From: Octopus sinensis | Taxonomy: Eukaryota | Length of the DNA: 64,000 nucleotides | Direction: 5' to 3' | Assembly: GCF_006345805.1 (NCBI RefSeq) | Contig: NC_042998.1 | Coordinates: forward strand, 63,426,001 to 63,490,000 | Part shown: positions 51,960-64,000 of the stretch, one piece after another | How positions within the stretch are numbered: position 1 is the first letter of the stretch | Layout: every line of letters begins with the position of its first letter | Program-made: the position numbers and the translations under genes | Notes under the pieces: generated by a model | Told to the model about the DNA's origin: nothing | What the model saw: only the letters and a program-made list of their open reading frames with translations | The model's database searches: none

Positions 51960-52325
51960 AGTATGGACATTTGGGCACCGGTCATCCAACTCCCCAGACT
52001 GCAACCCCCTTGATTATTTTGTGTGGGGCGCAGCTGAGCGAGAGACCAACAAAATTCCTTGTAGCATCAAAGATGAATCGAAGGCAAGGATTATTGCAGC
52101 ATTCACCAACTTAAACAAGGAGACCGTTCACAAGACTTGCAAGGGATTCTGAAGTCTTCTGGAGGCCGTGGTTGCAGCCAATGCAGATTTCATTGAATAA
52201 ATTTACTCTTCAGTATTTAAAGATATTTTTATGTAATTTTAGTAAATATATCTATTAAAGTGAGTTGTCATAGTTATTTTAATTTTCGAGTAATTTAGAA
52301 GACAGTTTAATCACCGCACCCTCTA
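51960..52325 (+). mobile_element. Tc1/mariner (DD37D-like) 3' end with TIR
   Basis: NSPDCNPLDYFVWGAAERETNK...VVAANADFIE*; ends TTTAATCACCGCACCCTCTA. Confidence 0.8.
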
Positions 52326-52395
52326 TGTATGTATGTATGTATGTATGTATGTATGTATGTATGTATGTATGTATGTATGTACGTATGTATGTATG

Positions 52396-52428
<33 letters not shown>

Positions 52429-52500
52429 GAGTATGTATGTATATATGTGTGTGTATGTATGTGTGTATGCATGTATGCATGTACGTATGTATGAAGGTAT
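52325..52500. repeat. (TATG)n microsatellite
   Basis: Direct reading. Confidence 0.95.
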
Positions 52501-52529
52501 GTACGTATGTGCATGTTTTTGTCTATGTT

Positions 52530-52715
52530 TGTCCCCCACTATAGCTTTACAACAGATGTATGTGTTTTCGTCCTCGTAACTTAGCAACGCGACAAAAGAA
52601 CCTGATTGAATAAGTACTACGCTTATAAAGAATAAGTCCTGAGGTCGACTTCTTCGACTAAAAAAAACACTTTCAGGCGATAATACAGCATGGTCACAGT
52701 ATATGGAAATATAAA
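52530..52715 (+). mobile_element. SINE family 1 tail, diverged
   Basis: AAGAATAAGTCC..GGTCGA..CAGCATGGTCACAGT. Confidence 0.7.
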
Positions 52716-53450
52716 AAAAATATTTGTCTTAACTTTTCCACAATTTAATTGTTTATCATGCTTTATTCTTCGTTGAAAAAGTCGCAAAGGATGGAACCGG
52801 TACAAAAATTTTTTTCGTGATAAAATTATTTTAGCATTTTCTACCTTGTCTTCTATTCCTTATACATACCAACTCTTGTGTTCCATTTCAACCTTCTTCA
52901 CACACACACACGCGCGCGCGCGCACACACATACACACACACATACGCACACACACACACATACACATCATACCGAATAAAATTTATGATATATGCATAGC
53001 TACACTGAGTCTCATTCAGTTGATTAGTCAGCATCTTTTGCTAAATATGACAAAACCATCTATTTACATATAATGTGTATTGTTTGTTCATTTGAATTAC
53101 TTAGCTAGTCGCACAAACATTCACTGACATATCTATTGATTTATGAATTCTGACAATGTCATGTTGGGTTCGACATTGAGAGAAACATAATATTATAGAA
53201 TAGGTTCTGTACATATATTAAACAGGTAAGCAACATAATTTGTATGCATGCACAGAATTTCAGGTCTCAAAATTACACGTGTAACTGTACAAAAGCCACC
53301 TGTAATCTGAAATGAGTCTTATAATCTTAAATATCTAACACAAAGTATGAATCTATATCAATATTTCTTTGTATTATTCTGTATGCATGGATGTGTGCAA
53401 GATACTCACACACATATATATGGACGGACACACGCACACACACGTGTATA

Positions 53451-53492
<42 letters not shown>

Positions 53493-53613
53493 AGACGCAC
53501 ACACACAAACACCCCCCCCCCATATATATATATATATAACGGAAATGTACTTGCATAGCAAGTGACCTGATCTCAGATTATGTGATGAAACTAAAACAAT
53601 TGCAGCTTGGAAG

Positions 53614-53828
53614 GTGTTTATAAGTCAATTAAAAACACACAAAAACCGTTAGAGTCTCTTCAACATTTAGATATAATTTCTCAAAATATTTCCGTCGGTT
53701 TTGAGACCGCGACAGACAAAATTCATGTCAGTGACCATGTCACGGTCTCAAAGCGACAAAAAATATTTTGACAAATAAATGTTGAAGTGAATCTCACGGT
53801 TTGTCTGTTTTTAAATGGCTTATACACA
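53614..53828. repeat. Imperfect ~100-bp-arm inverted repeat
   Basis: TATAAGTCAATTAAAAACAC...GAGACCGCGAC versus GTCACGGTCTC...TTTTTAAATGGCTTATA. Confidence 0.75.
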
Positions 53829-53829
53829 C

Positions 53830-54171
<342 letters not shown>

Positions 54172-54219
54172 ATGTATATGTGCATGTATATATATATTTA
54201 TATGTATATATATATGTTT

Positions 54220-54338
<119 letters not shown>

Positions 54339-54646
54339 CCGGTTTTCGTATAGGAAAGACGTGTTTGCTTTTGCTCTGTGAAAAAACAGAAAGGTTTGCA
54401 TAAATCGACGAAATATTCTACTAAAAGTAACTCATAAAATCTACTAAAATACATTAATTGAAAATATATTAATTATAAACATAATATATTTCGCTTGAAG
54501 CCAAATATAATACAGTAAATTTGGTTACGCATGCTAGAATCTTCGCCGAAAAGCACATGGTGGCAAGTCTTGCTTTTGTGAAAGAAAGTTTCTTCGTACA
54601 AGCACGAGAGTTTGGACTGTACCTTTCAAGATAAGTATCGCATGCA

Positions 54647-55023
54647 ATTGTCTGTTTATTAATTTTTTAAGCTAACATCTCAGATACGATTGTTTGTTTA
54701 TTAATATTTTAAGCTAACATCTCAGTTACCATTGTTTGTTTATTAATTTTTTAGGCTAACATCTCAGTTACGATTGTTTGTTTATTAATTTTTTAAGCTA
54801 ATATCTCAGATACGATTGTTTGTTTATTAAATTTTTAAGCTAACATCTCAGTTACGATTGTTGGTTTATTAATTGTTTAGGCTAACATCTTAGTTACGAT
54901 TGTTTGTTTATTAATTTTTAAGCTAACATCTCAGTTACGATTGTTTGTTTATTAAACTTTTTAGGCTAACATCTAAGTTACGATTGTTTGTGTATTAAAT
55001 CTTTAAGCTCACATCTCAGTTAC
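54647..55023. repeat. 42-bp minisatellite, 9 units
   Basis: Units at 54647, 54689, 54731, 54773, 54815, 54857, 54899, 54940, 54983; consensus ATTGTTTGTTTATTAATTTTTTAAGCTAACATCTCAGTTACG. Confidence 0.95.
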
Positions 55024-55029
55024 ATACGT

Positions 55030-58000
55030 TACTCTTTTTCTCATCTCCCCTCCTCCCTTTCATATCCTTCTCTTCTCTCATTTCTCTTTCCTTTCCATCT
55101 TACATCTACCTCTCCTCTCGTCACCTCACCCTCTCTCTCATATACTTTTCATCCGCCCTTTCTTCTCAATCCGTCTCTCCCTCTCTCTCACACCCTTCAT
55201 CCTGTCTCTCCTTCACTCTGTCTCTCTTTCTCTTGCTATCCTCTCCTCCCCTCTGTTTCTGTTTATCTTCCCCTCCTCTCCTTCACTCTGTCTCTCCTTC
55301 TATTCCCTTCCCCCCTCCCCTTCCTTCCTCTATCTTTTTAACACACCACACCCCCTTGCTTTCCTCCTATCACCCTCTCGATTTCTTTCATAGCACCTCT
55401 CTCTTTCCTTCCTATCTCCCTCTCTCTTTCCCTATTTCCCCCTCTGTGTTTCTCCGTCTCTACCTCTCTCTATCCCTCATTACCTCTCTAGCCTCTACTC
55501 CCCCTCTGGACCTCAAAACGAAGATGGCACCAAAGTGGGAAAAGAAAGAGTTAAATCTTCTGCTGAGAGCATGGACGATTGCTAGTGGCGATCCGCCGAA
55601 CAACATCATCACTGCCGAGCTAAAAAACAATGGTTTTCATAGAACCATTGACCAGATAGAGCGGCAGAAAAATGAGTTTATCCGGTCTTACATGCTTATA
55701 AGACCACACATCAAAACACTGGACAACATAATTGAAAATTATTGTGGAAAAGCTGATGAGGATGAAGAGGACGAAAAAGAGAAGGAAGCCGGAAGTCTCT
55801 GTGATCCAGGGGTTCCTCGGGAAAATGGATCACCTACCCCGGTGAACGACTAAATAACGAAGGATAGGGGAGCCAAGGGAGCAGAAACCGGAAGCCCCCC
55901 TGTACCAGTGGTCCTACGAAGAAATGAAAAATTAGAAAAATTAGAAAAACAGAAGAAAAAAGGAAGAACCGAAAACAAAAATAAGGAGGGAAAAGGAGGA
56001 AAAGGCAAAACAACCAAAGCTGAAACCCCAACCCACCACACAAACAGCAGAGAACCCCATGGAGGATCTAATGCCACCCAGTACACTTCAGGAAAGAAGA
56101 AATCTGGAAGGCACCGAAGAACCTGTAAGTTCTACCTGCGAGGCAAATGTTGGCATGGTGAGGACGGCAAAAACTGCCCGTTCGCCCACCCGACACCCCG
56201 CCAGAACTACAGGGGACTCAAAGAGAAAAACTTTACCGAGGGAACACAAGAAATGTCTCCCAGGAAAACTTTCAAAAACGAAGTGTGCTCCTCAGATGTT
56301 CTGCGCAACGAAGCAGCTGAGCAAGATTCTTTTTTATGCTTGGTGGAAAGAATTGTCCGGCAGCTAACCTGGCTACACCAAGCACAGAGAAGGAACCCTG
56401 ACCACCACTATGCAAGCCCACCACAGTCAATAGACGGGGTGGCCTCCCCTAACGCCTGCACAGCCGTCACCCCAATACTTTTACTAAATATTGGGGGCCT
56501 GTTGCATCAAAATAGAAACAAGATTTCTTTCCTGAGAGATCTTACTGCATGCAATCAAGCCATATGCATAGCACTTGTGGAAACTCACCTCAACCCTGAT
56601 ATAGAGGACGCAGAAGTACACATACCAAACTATGCCATACTGCGAACAGACAGAAGGGAAAGGAGCCATGGTGGAGTTGATGTATACATCCGAGATGACC
56701 TCACACCCAGGTCTTGATGACATACTCAAATTCGGTATGTGACACCTTAATTGTATACATAAGACAACATAATATAGTCATATGCAATACATATTGCCCA
56801 CCGGATGCCCCAAATCACATAGGCAAGTTTGAAGATTGTCTCACAAGAATTAAAGAAATCCTCATGAATCTGGAACATCATGTGACCATATTTCTTATGG
56901 GTGATTTCAACTTCCCCAACGTCAAATGGCCCGAAGGTCACATACTCTCAGGAGTGAATCATTGCAAGCAAGTACAGGTGGAGTCCCTGCTCAACCTCAC
57001 CAATGCCTTATTCATGGAGCAAGTTGTACTCAAGCCAACTAGGGCGAATAACATTCTGGATCTCTACTTCACAAACAATATGGACATCATTCATGATGTG
57101 AAAGTGACACCGACATCAGTTTCGGATCACAACATAATAGAGCTGTCTATGTTTGGGCCGAAAGTAACCAGAGACATACAGCCTAAATGAAGCACCCGAA
57201 ATCTCTCCAATCTGAACTTCCACAAAGCAGATTGGAAATCGATCCAAAAAAAGATCCTCAGAGAGGACTGGCCGGAATGTCTCTCCACACCAGACGTTGA
57301 CATAAAACTAGAATGTTTCATGTCTTCTGTGCAAGCCGTATGCCAGAAATATGTCCCAAGGCCAAAACAAATAGGAGCAAGATTCCAAGAGACAGGAAGA
57401 TCCTCATGAGACGACGGACGAAGGTTGCAAATCGTCTCAACCAACATCCCAAAAGTAGCGAAACGTCCCGCCTAAAAACAACACTGATGGGGATCGAAAA
57501 AAGGCTGCAACAATCCTATGTGAAGGAGAAAGCAGACAAAGAAGCCTGGGTTATAAAAAACATTAAATCAAACCCAAGGCCTTCTTTCATTACGCGAAAG
57601 AAACAATCTCAGTGCACTACAAGATAAGACCCCTCCTCCAAAAGGATGGCGCCCTCACATACAGTCCAACTATGATCAGTGAGATGCTGAATGACCAGTT
57701 CAAAAGTGTCTTTGCCACCCCGTTGGAACACAGACAAGTGAACGAACCAGTGGACTTCTTTGCCGCCTCACCTATAACCATCGAGGCGGTTACAATAGAA
57801 TGTATTGACATTAGCGAAAAAGATGTCCTACTAGCCATAGATGAAGTGGACACAAACTCAGCTGCTGGTCCAGACGGTTTCCCAGCCATCCTCCTCAAAG
57901 CGTGTGAGCATGCCCTGGCAAAACCCCTCAAGATTCTCTTCCAGAGCTTTCTTGCGAATGGCAAACTGCCAAGCAAGCTGAAGGAGGGAATAATATGCCC

Positions 58001-59490
58001 AATACATAAAGGGGGAAGTAGAGCAGGCCTATCTCTCTGACTTCACACATCAGCAAAGTCATGGAACGGATAGTCAGAAAGAAACTAATCGCATTCCTTC
58101 AGGAAAATAACTTGCTGAGTAATACCCAGCATGGTTTTCGACCAGGTAGGAGCTGCCTGACCCAGCTCTTACAGCATTATGACTGGGTGTTGAGGCAGTT
58201 ACTCAACAAATCAAATGTGGACGTAATCTACCTTGATTTTGCAAAAGCTTTTGACAAGGTGGATCATGGTATGATATGCCACAAACTACGTGACCTCGGC
58301 ATAGCTGGAAAACTTGGAGTGTGGTTGCATGACTTCCTGAAAGATAGGAGTCAGGCAGTAGTGGTTAATGGAGCCACCTCTATGAACACACAAATAGTGA
58401 GCGGTGTTCCACAGGGCACTGTCTTGGGACCACTGCTTTTTTATAGTGGCCCTCACAGATATGCCCTCAAATGCCCGGATAGCCACTCTGGCCAGGTATG
58501 CAGACGATACGAAAGTCTCGCAGAAAATACAGAATCCCAGCGATGTTGCACACCTGCAGCAGGAGTTGGACTCAATTTACAGATGGGCTGAGGATAATAA
58601 TATGCAGTTTAATGCTGAAAATTCCAGGCCCTGCGCTACCAGCATCCAAAACTGAATATTAAACTTACATGATACACCGGTCCACAGGGAATTTCAATCC
58701 CAGAGCCTAAGTCTGTGAGGGACCTGGGTATCGACATGAGTGATGATACCTCTTTCCAAGTGCACATTACCAGGATGGCGACAAAGTGCAGACGACTGGC
58801 TGGGTGGATCATAAGAACATTCAGAACCAGAGATAAGGAAATCATGATGGTCCTCTGGCGGACATTCGTCCTCAGTCGCCTGGATTACTGCTCACAGCTA
58901 TGGTCACCCACCAGTGTAAAATTAACAGCGGACCTTGAAGCAATCCAGAGAAGATTCACAAAGAAGATCGTCTCTTTACAATAGCTCAGCTACTGGGAAA
59001 GGTTGAAACAGCTAAGACTCTACTCCCTGGAGAGAAGACGGGAGAGGTATGCAGTAATATATGTCTGGAAGATCCTGGAAGGAATTGTGCCAAATTTTGG
59101 CATTGTAAGCTACACCAATGGTAGAACGGGACGACACTGCATAGTGCCAAAGATCCCAGCAATGCCACCACGCTTCAGGACCAGCTTCTGCAACAGCCTG
59201 GGTTTAAAGGGCCCACAGCTTTTTAATATTCTCCCAAAGAGTCTGAGGAACTTGCACAAAGTAGATGTAGCGGTTTATAAATCAAAGCTGGACATCTTCC
59301 TGTCAAGACTCCCAGATGAACCTACCTCACGGCAAGAGGTGCAAATGAGAGTAGCTGTATCAAACTCCATTCTTCACCAAGTGCGACGTATTAGACGAGG
59401 TTCATCGTAGTAACAGTGTAGCACAAAACGGCGGTGTATCAGCATGGCCGCAGCTCTGAGCTGAAACTAGAAAAAAAAAGAAAAAAAAAA
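55030..59490 (+). mobile_element. Near full-length CR1-clade LINE: pyrimidine-rich 5' UTR, Myb/SANT-like domain, CCCH finger, APE, RT, 3' tail
   Basis: ATG at 55524; LNIGGL, VETHL, GDFNFP, ILDLYFTN, SDHN; QHGFRPGRSCLTQLL, YLDFAKAFDKVDH, SGVPQGTVLGPLLF, YADDTK, SRLDYCSQLWSP, YSLERRRERY; about 8-9 stops, frameshifts and deletions. Confidence 0.95.
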
Positions 59491-59535
<45 letters not shown>

Positions 59536-59554
59536 AACACATATACATACATAT

Positions 59555-59600
<46 letters not shown>

Positions 59601-59615
59601 AACACATATACATAC

Positions 59616-59708
<93 letters not shown>

Positions 59709-60159
59709 GTTCCCGGTTATCTTATCAGCGGTTAATTTGACCCCGTTCAATTCGACGTTGATCAATTGAATCCCAGGTCAATTCTTCGCGAGTCAATTCG
59801 TCCCAATATACTTTTTAATGTGCTTTTCGAGGGAAAGTTTGGAACAAACTCTTTAGAATGAAAATTGTCGTTGAACACCTTTACATATTTTGTTCCTTTT
59901 TTAAACTCCCACCTTCTCTCTCTATCTTAAGTATCTGCTCTGAACAATTTACGAACAAAGATTTTCCACCAAAACTAATTAAATTTATTCACTACGCCTA
60001 CCCATCAACAGGACTACCTGCAAAATCATAACTTCAGAGAAAGGAAAAATCAAACTGGTCGATCAAGAAAACTATATACACACAAAAAATTAGTGAGTCG
60101 AAGTCGCAGTCCCGCCCCCATCAAGATGATTTATATGAATATCTATTACCTATACCGTT

Positions 60160-60345
60160 TCTTTTCCTTGTTTCAGATATATGATTGTGGCCATGCTGGG
60201 GCACTTACTTGAAGTCGAACGATTAAACCCGAGAATTTATTTTTTAAAACCTAATACTTATTCTACCGGCTTCTTTTTGCCAAACCGTTAAGTTAATGGT
60301 ACGCAAACACACCAAGCCGGTTGTCAAGCGGTGACGGCGGAAAAA
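60160..60345 (-). mobile_element. SINE family 1 tail
   Basis: TTGTTTCAG..TGTGGCCATGCTGG..GGTTGTCAAGCG. Confidence 0.75.
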
Positions 60346-60621
60346 GACAAACATAATGACACACATACACACACACGTACGCTCGCATGCACGCACACAC
60401 ACACATTTTCCTATAAATAAAAGATCACTCTTTCATCCATCAGATCAAAAAGTATCTTCCGACAATGATGCCAGAGAAATGGTGGATTCAACAGAAACAA
60501 TGCTGCTGTCTTCACAGACACAAATGAAGTTAATCTATTAATTTTGGGGAAGCAAAATCTAAAGCTAATTTTGCCGACCAAACATTCGTTGCTACTGTCT
60601 CTTACAACTTGATATCTAGAA

Positions 60622-60665
<44 letters not shown>

Positions 60666-60749
60666 TATATACATATATTTATATACATATATATATATGT
60701 GTGTGTGTGTGGATTAATTTTTCATTAAAGAGTGAAACGTACAATTTCC

Positions 60750-61055
60750 TGTAAGCCAGACCGCCTCCTGGTCCCAGCAGAATGCAGATGGATTGAAGAT
60801 ATACTGGAGGAGCGAAAATCGTCTGTGCAAGACGAGGCTTCATACGAACGTGGGTTCGATTTCTGGCGGTGCGTTATCTCTCTCTAATTCAAACGGCTCA
60901 CTTTGTCACTTTCCGCGCCATGCTGAAGATTCCTAAGAGCTACGATAAGGGAGCGTGCGTTTATGAAGTACTCAGCCAGTTGCACGTTAATTTAACTAGC
61001 TTTGCCGTTGATCATATCAACTGGATCACTTGCCACCGTAACCCTCGGCGAACCA
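60750..61055 (+). mobile_element. RTE-like LINE 3' end (ORF C-terminus + 3' UTR)
   Basis: Manual translation PGPSRM/RWIEDILEERKSSVQDEASYERGFDFWRCVISL* resembles the GRPR.RW.D.I...DR..WR C-terminal motif of RTE-type ORFs; the UTR matches SINE tail B. Confidence 0.6.
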
Positions 61056-63759
61056 GGCAGTTCCCTTGATTATGAAGCGGCCAGTATAAATGTGTTGTCG
61101 GTTGCCAAAGGCTTGAACTTCTTTAAGAGAGTGTACCTCTAGTGGCATTACTATCATAGTTCATTCTTCTGGTTGATGGATGCTATAGGTTTAGTGGAGT
61201 GTGTGTAGCATCTCGCAGATACAGAGTTAATAAATGCGAGTTTTAGATCAGTACTGGTGGGCCCTGTCATTGATATTCCATCTGATGTTTTGGAGTCGTT
61301 CGAATGGTCACGAAGTTTCCAGATACAATGGGGGGTGGGGGGTGTACATGTTGTGTATATCTTCCCTTGACGTCATTGGCTATCGTACCCTTGAAGTGTC
61401 TTTTAATGTAAACGGAAGGATTGAGACTCTATATAACCCAGCCCTTCAGCGGCTGGATCCTACCTGTGGGCAGTTCGCAGCATTTCGGAGATTATATACT
61501 GAGGTGTGTATTGAAGTCTGTGTAGATGTGTGTTTGCGTCTGTTTTAACGTACAATGTTAGAAGCAATATTGTTTAAGCAGTAGTTACTGAGCTTGACGT
61601 GTAAGAACATATTATCGGATGTGGCTTTCTCTTTCCAATGATCTTACTTGAGAGATTTGGCTGCTATTAAGAGCAGTTGCCTGATGTCCCTACAGCTCTC
61701 CGAGTTGGATCGAAAATGAAGTATATTTACCATTGAGATCTTATAAGGTTAAAATATAAATGATAAATTGTATTTTCAGAAATAAATAGTGCTTTGGATA
61801 TATTGAATACATTATGTAGTTGGAATACATCGATATCTTATGCCGAGGAAGTTACTGAAGATTTATGATCTTTTATACTTGATAAATTATTCCAAAAGAG
61901 ATTGTTGCAGACGACGTCCCTCCTATCAGTGTGTATAACGTTTCAGGTGATGCTTGCAATTTCAGTGTCAATCTGTAAGTAACGGTGAACATGATTGTTG
62001 AAGAGAAACGATTACTAATCTAAGAAGCAAGTTCTATATAGATATTATAATAGAAACCTTATCTGCGTGTGCTTGCGTATATCAAAATGAAACAGCATAC
62101 AGGCATAAATACGTCATTCTGTGTGTATACACAAGTATGCTCTTATGTATAGTTTCATTACATTATGATGTAATGTCATGTTCACACTGTAGACAGCCAG
62201 ACAAGATGCTTTTTCAATGGCTTCACTCGAGAGTAAAAAGGAAATTTATACATAAATACATACATGCATACATACATATACATTTATGTACATATATGTA
62301 CATGTATGTATATATTAACAATTCTAACGCCATTGCATATTTTGCAACTATTCTCTTTTCTGTTCCATTTGACATCATGAAAATATGTTGAGTTTCCTTC
62401 CTTCACAAACTTAACAGAAGGCATCTAAAACCAACAAAATATTTAACATTTATACAAATAAAATATCTCTTACAATATACAAGTAACGTTCAACATTATC
62501 GTGTTTCTGAAAGAAGAAATAACTCAGATATATGAACACTTTCAAACATTCTATGAATTAAGAAATAAAAAACACAAAACAAAACAAATTAGTCGCACAA
62601 ACACGCGCATTCACACAGAGACATATATGTATATATGTATACTATGATGCTAATAAATGTTATGTAACACCGGGCAAAGTCTACGCAAACCGTATACCAG
62701 TATTATATCATTATCAGGCCATTAGATACTTGTACTAGAGCCCAGAATGTTGCTAGCATTCGGAACAAGCGTCCGGTTTAAGGATAACTTCGTCACTTCA
62801 AACGTAACTTACCCTCACTAGAACTAGAGATAAATTTGAAGCTGATGCACCTATTCTGCACTTTCACAAGAGATTAGATGGAAGACCGTAAAATTCGAGA
62901 GCCTCACAAAGGGAGAAATTGCACTAGAAACGTATTGTCAATGTTCAAAGACAGTAAGGTGTGGGTATTGATTGTTCTTGAACTGATGAATTAAAAAGAT
63001 TGTTAAGTAAAGGGATTTGGTGGCTAACTGTATGAGATTTAATGTTTACATAAGTGTTAATTGCTGAAATTAGTAGGAGTTCATCATTGAAATGGCTGTA
63101 ACATAAAAAAAACATGAAAGATAATGATTTTGACGAAACCTCTAGCGCGAAACGTCTCTTCTTTCATTGTAATGTATTCACTACAGGAACTGTCGCAAGC
63201 ATCATCATATATTCTCGAGGAGAAGAATCAACACAGCATCTTTTCCAATTCCTAATCACATGTTTCTAACTAGCCAAGCAGTGACAGAGGCGCACAGATG
63301 TCTTCTAGACATGATTATATTATATTTCAGATAATACAATAGAAAGTTAGTATTACAAATACAGCTAGTTAGTAGACGAGACGAACAATATTCCCTAATA
63401 CGTATACGTTATGTACATATACATACGTATAATATATATATGTATATATGTATATATATATATATATATTTATAATTACAGGTACACACACACATATATA
63501 TGCATGTATGTATATATATATGTCTATATTTATATATATACATACATACATGCTTATTCATATAAATACCTGCACACAATTTTAAATGCACACTCACACT
63601 CACTTACACATACACACATACACAGACACGCTTACACACACATGATATGAATACGCAATATTTCTCAGATATATACCAACATACACATATCATCAATGAA
63701 TTCTACAACTATTGCAATTGTGTAAATACAATATGCTGCTTATCTGGCATTATTTCGAA

Positions 63760-64000
63760 AAAATTTGTGTAAGTGTTTGAGCGAATGAAGAAACTGGAAG
63801 TGACTGAGTACTCCACAGACACGTGTTCCTTTAACGTAGTTCTCGAGGAGATTCAGCGTGACACAGAGTGTGATAAGGCTGGACCTTTGAAATACAGGTA
63901 CAACAGAAAGAGGGAGAGAAGTGTGTGGTGAAAGAGTACAGCACGGATCGCCACCGCTTTCTGCCAGAGCCTCGTGGAGCATTAGGTGTATTTGCTCAGT
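63760..64000 (-). mobile_element. SINE family 3, tail B, cut by the window edge
   Basis: Collinear with 50100-50330. Confidence 0.8.

Noticed and set aside
55233-55523. N-terminal extension of ORF 55233-55853
   Set aside because: Low-complexity polypyrimidine 5' UTR; the likely start is ATG 55524.

Overview
Eukaryotic, AT-rich, microsatellite-saturated animal DNA. The SINE, LINE and Penelope repertoire looks like an octopus (cephalopod) genome; this is inferred from recalled repeat families, not from a search. No intact host gene is recognisable. The only host-gene signals are two or three candidate minus-strand coding exons near 40-48 kb and one plus-strand exon candidate at 6.5 kb. The window is mostly retroelements. 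(i) A decayed Ty3/Gypsy gag-protease (0.46-2.1 kb) carrying two nested SINEs, plus a second LTR+PBS. (ii) A Hydra-type Penelope-like element (RT C-terminus + GIY-YIG) arranged as a ~2.5 kb palindrome. (iii) Four CR1-type LINEs; two carry CCCH zinc fingers upstream of the endonuclease, and one of those also has an N-terminal Myb/SANT-like domain. (iv) RTE fragments and an ORF1-only L1/Tx1-like remnant. (v) Three tRNA-derived SINE families whose 3' tails match LINE 3' ends in the same window. (vi) Several non-coding hammerhead-ribozyme-bearing repeats inserted as inverted duplications, including a tRNA-headed one. There are also Tc1/mariner remnants, foldback elements and two minisatellites. Most ORFs in the supplied track are microsatellite translation artefacts. 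Repeat boundaries were read by eye and are approximate to ~10-20 bp.
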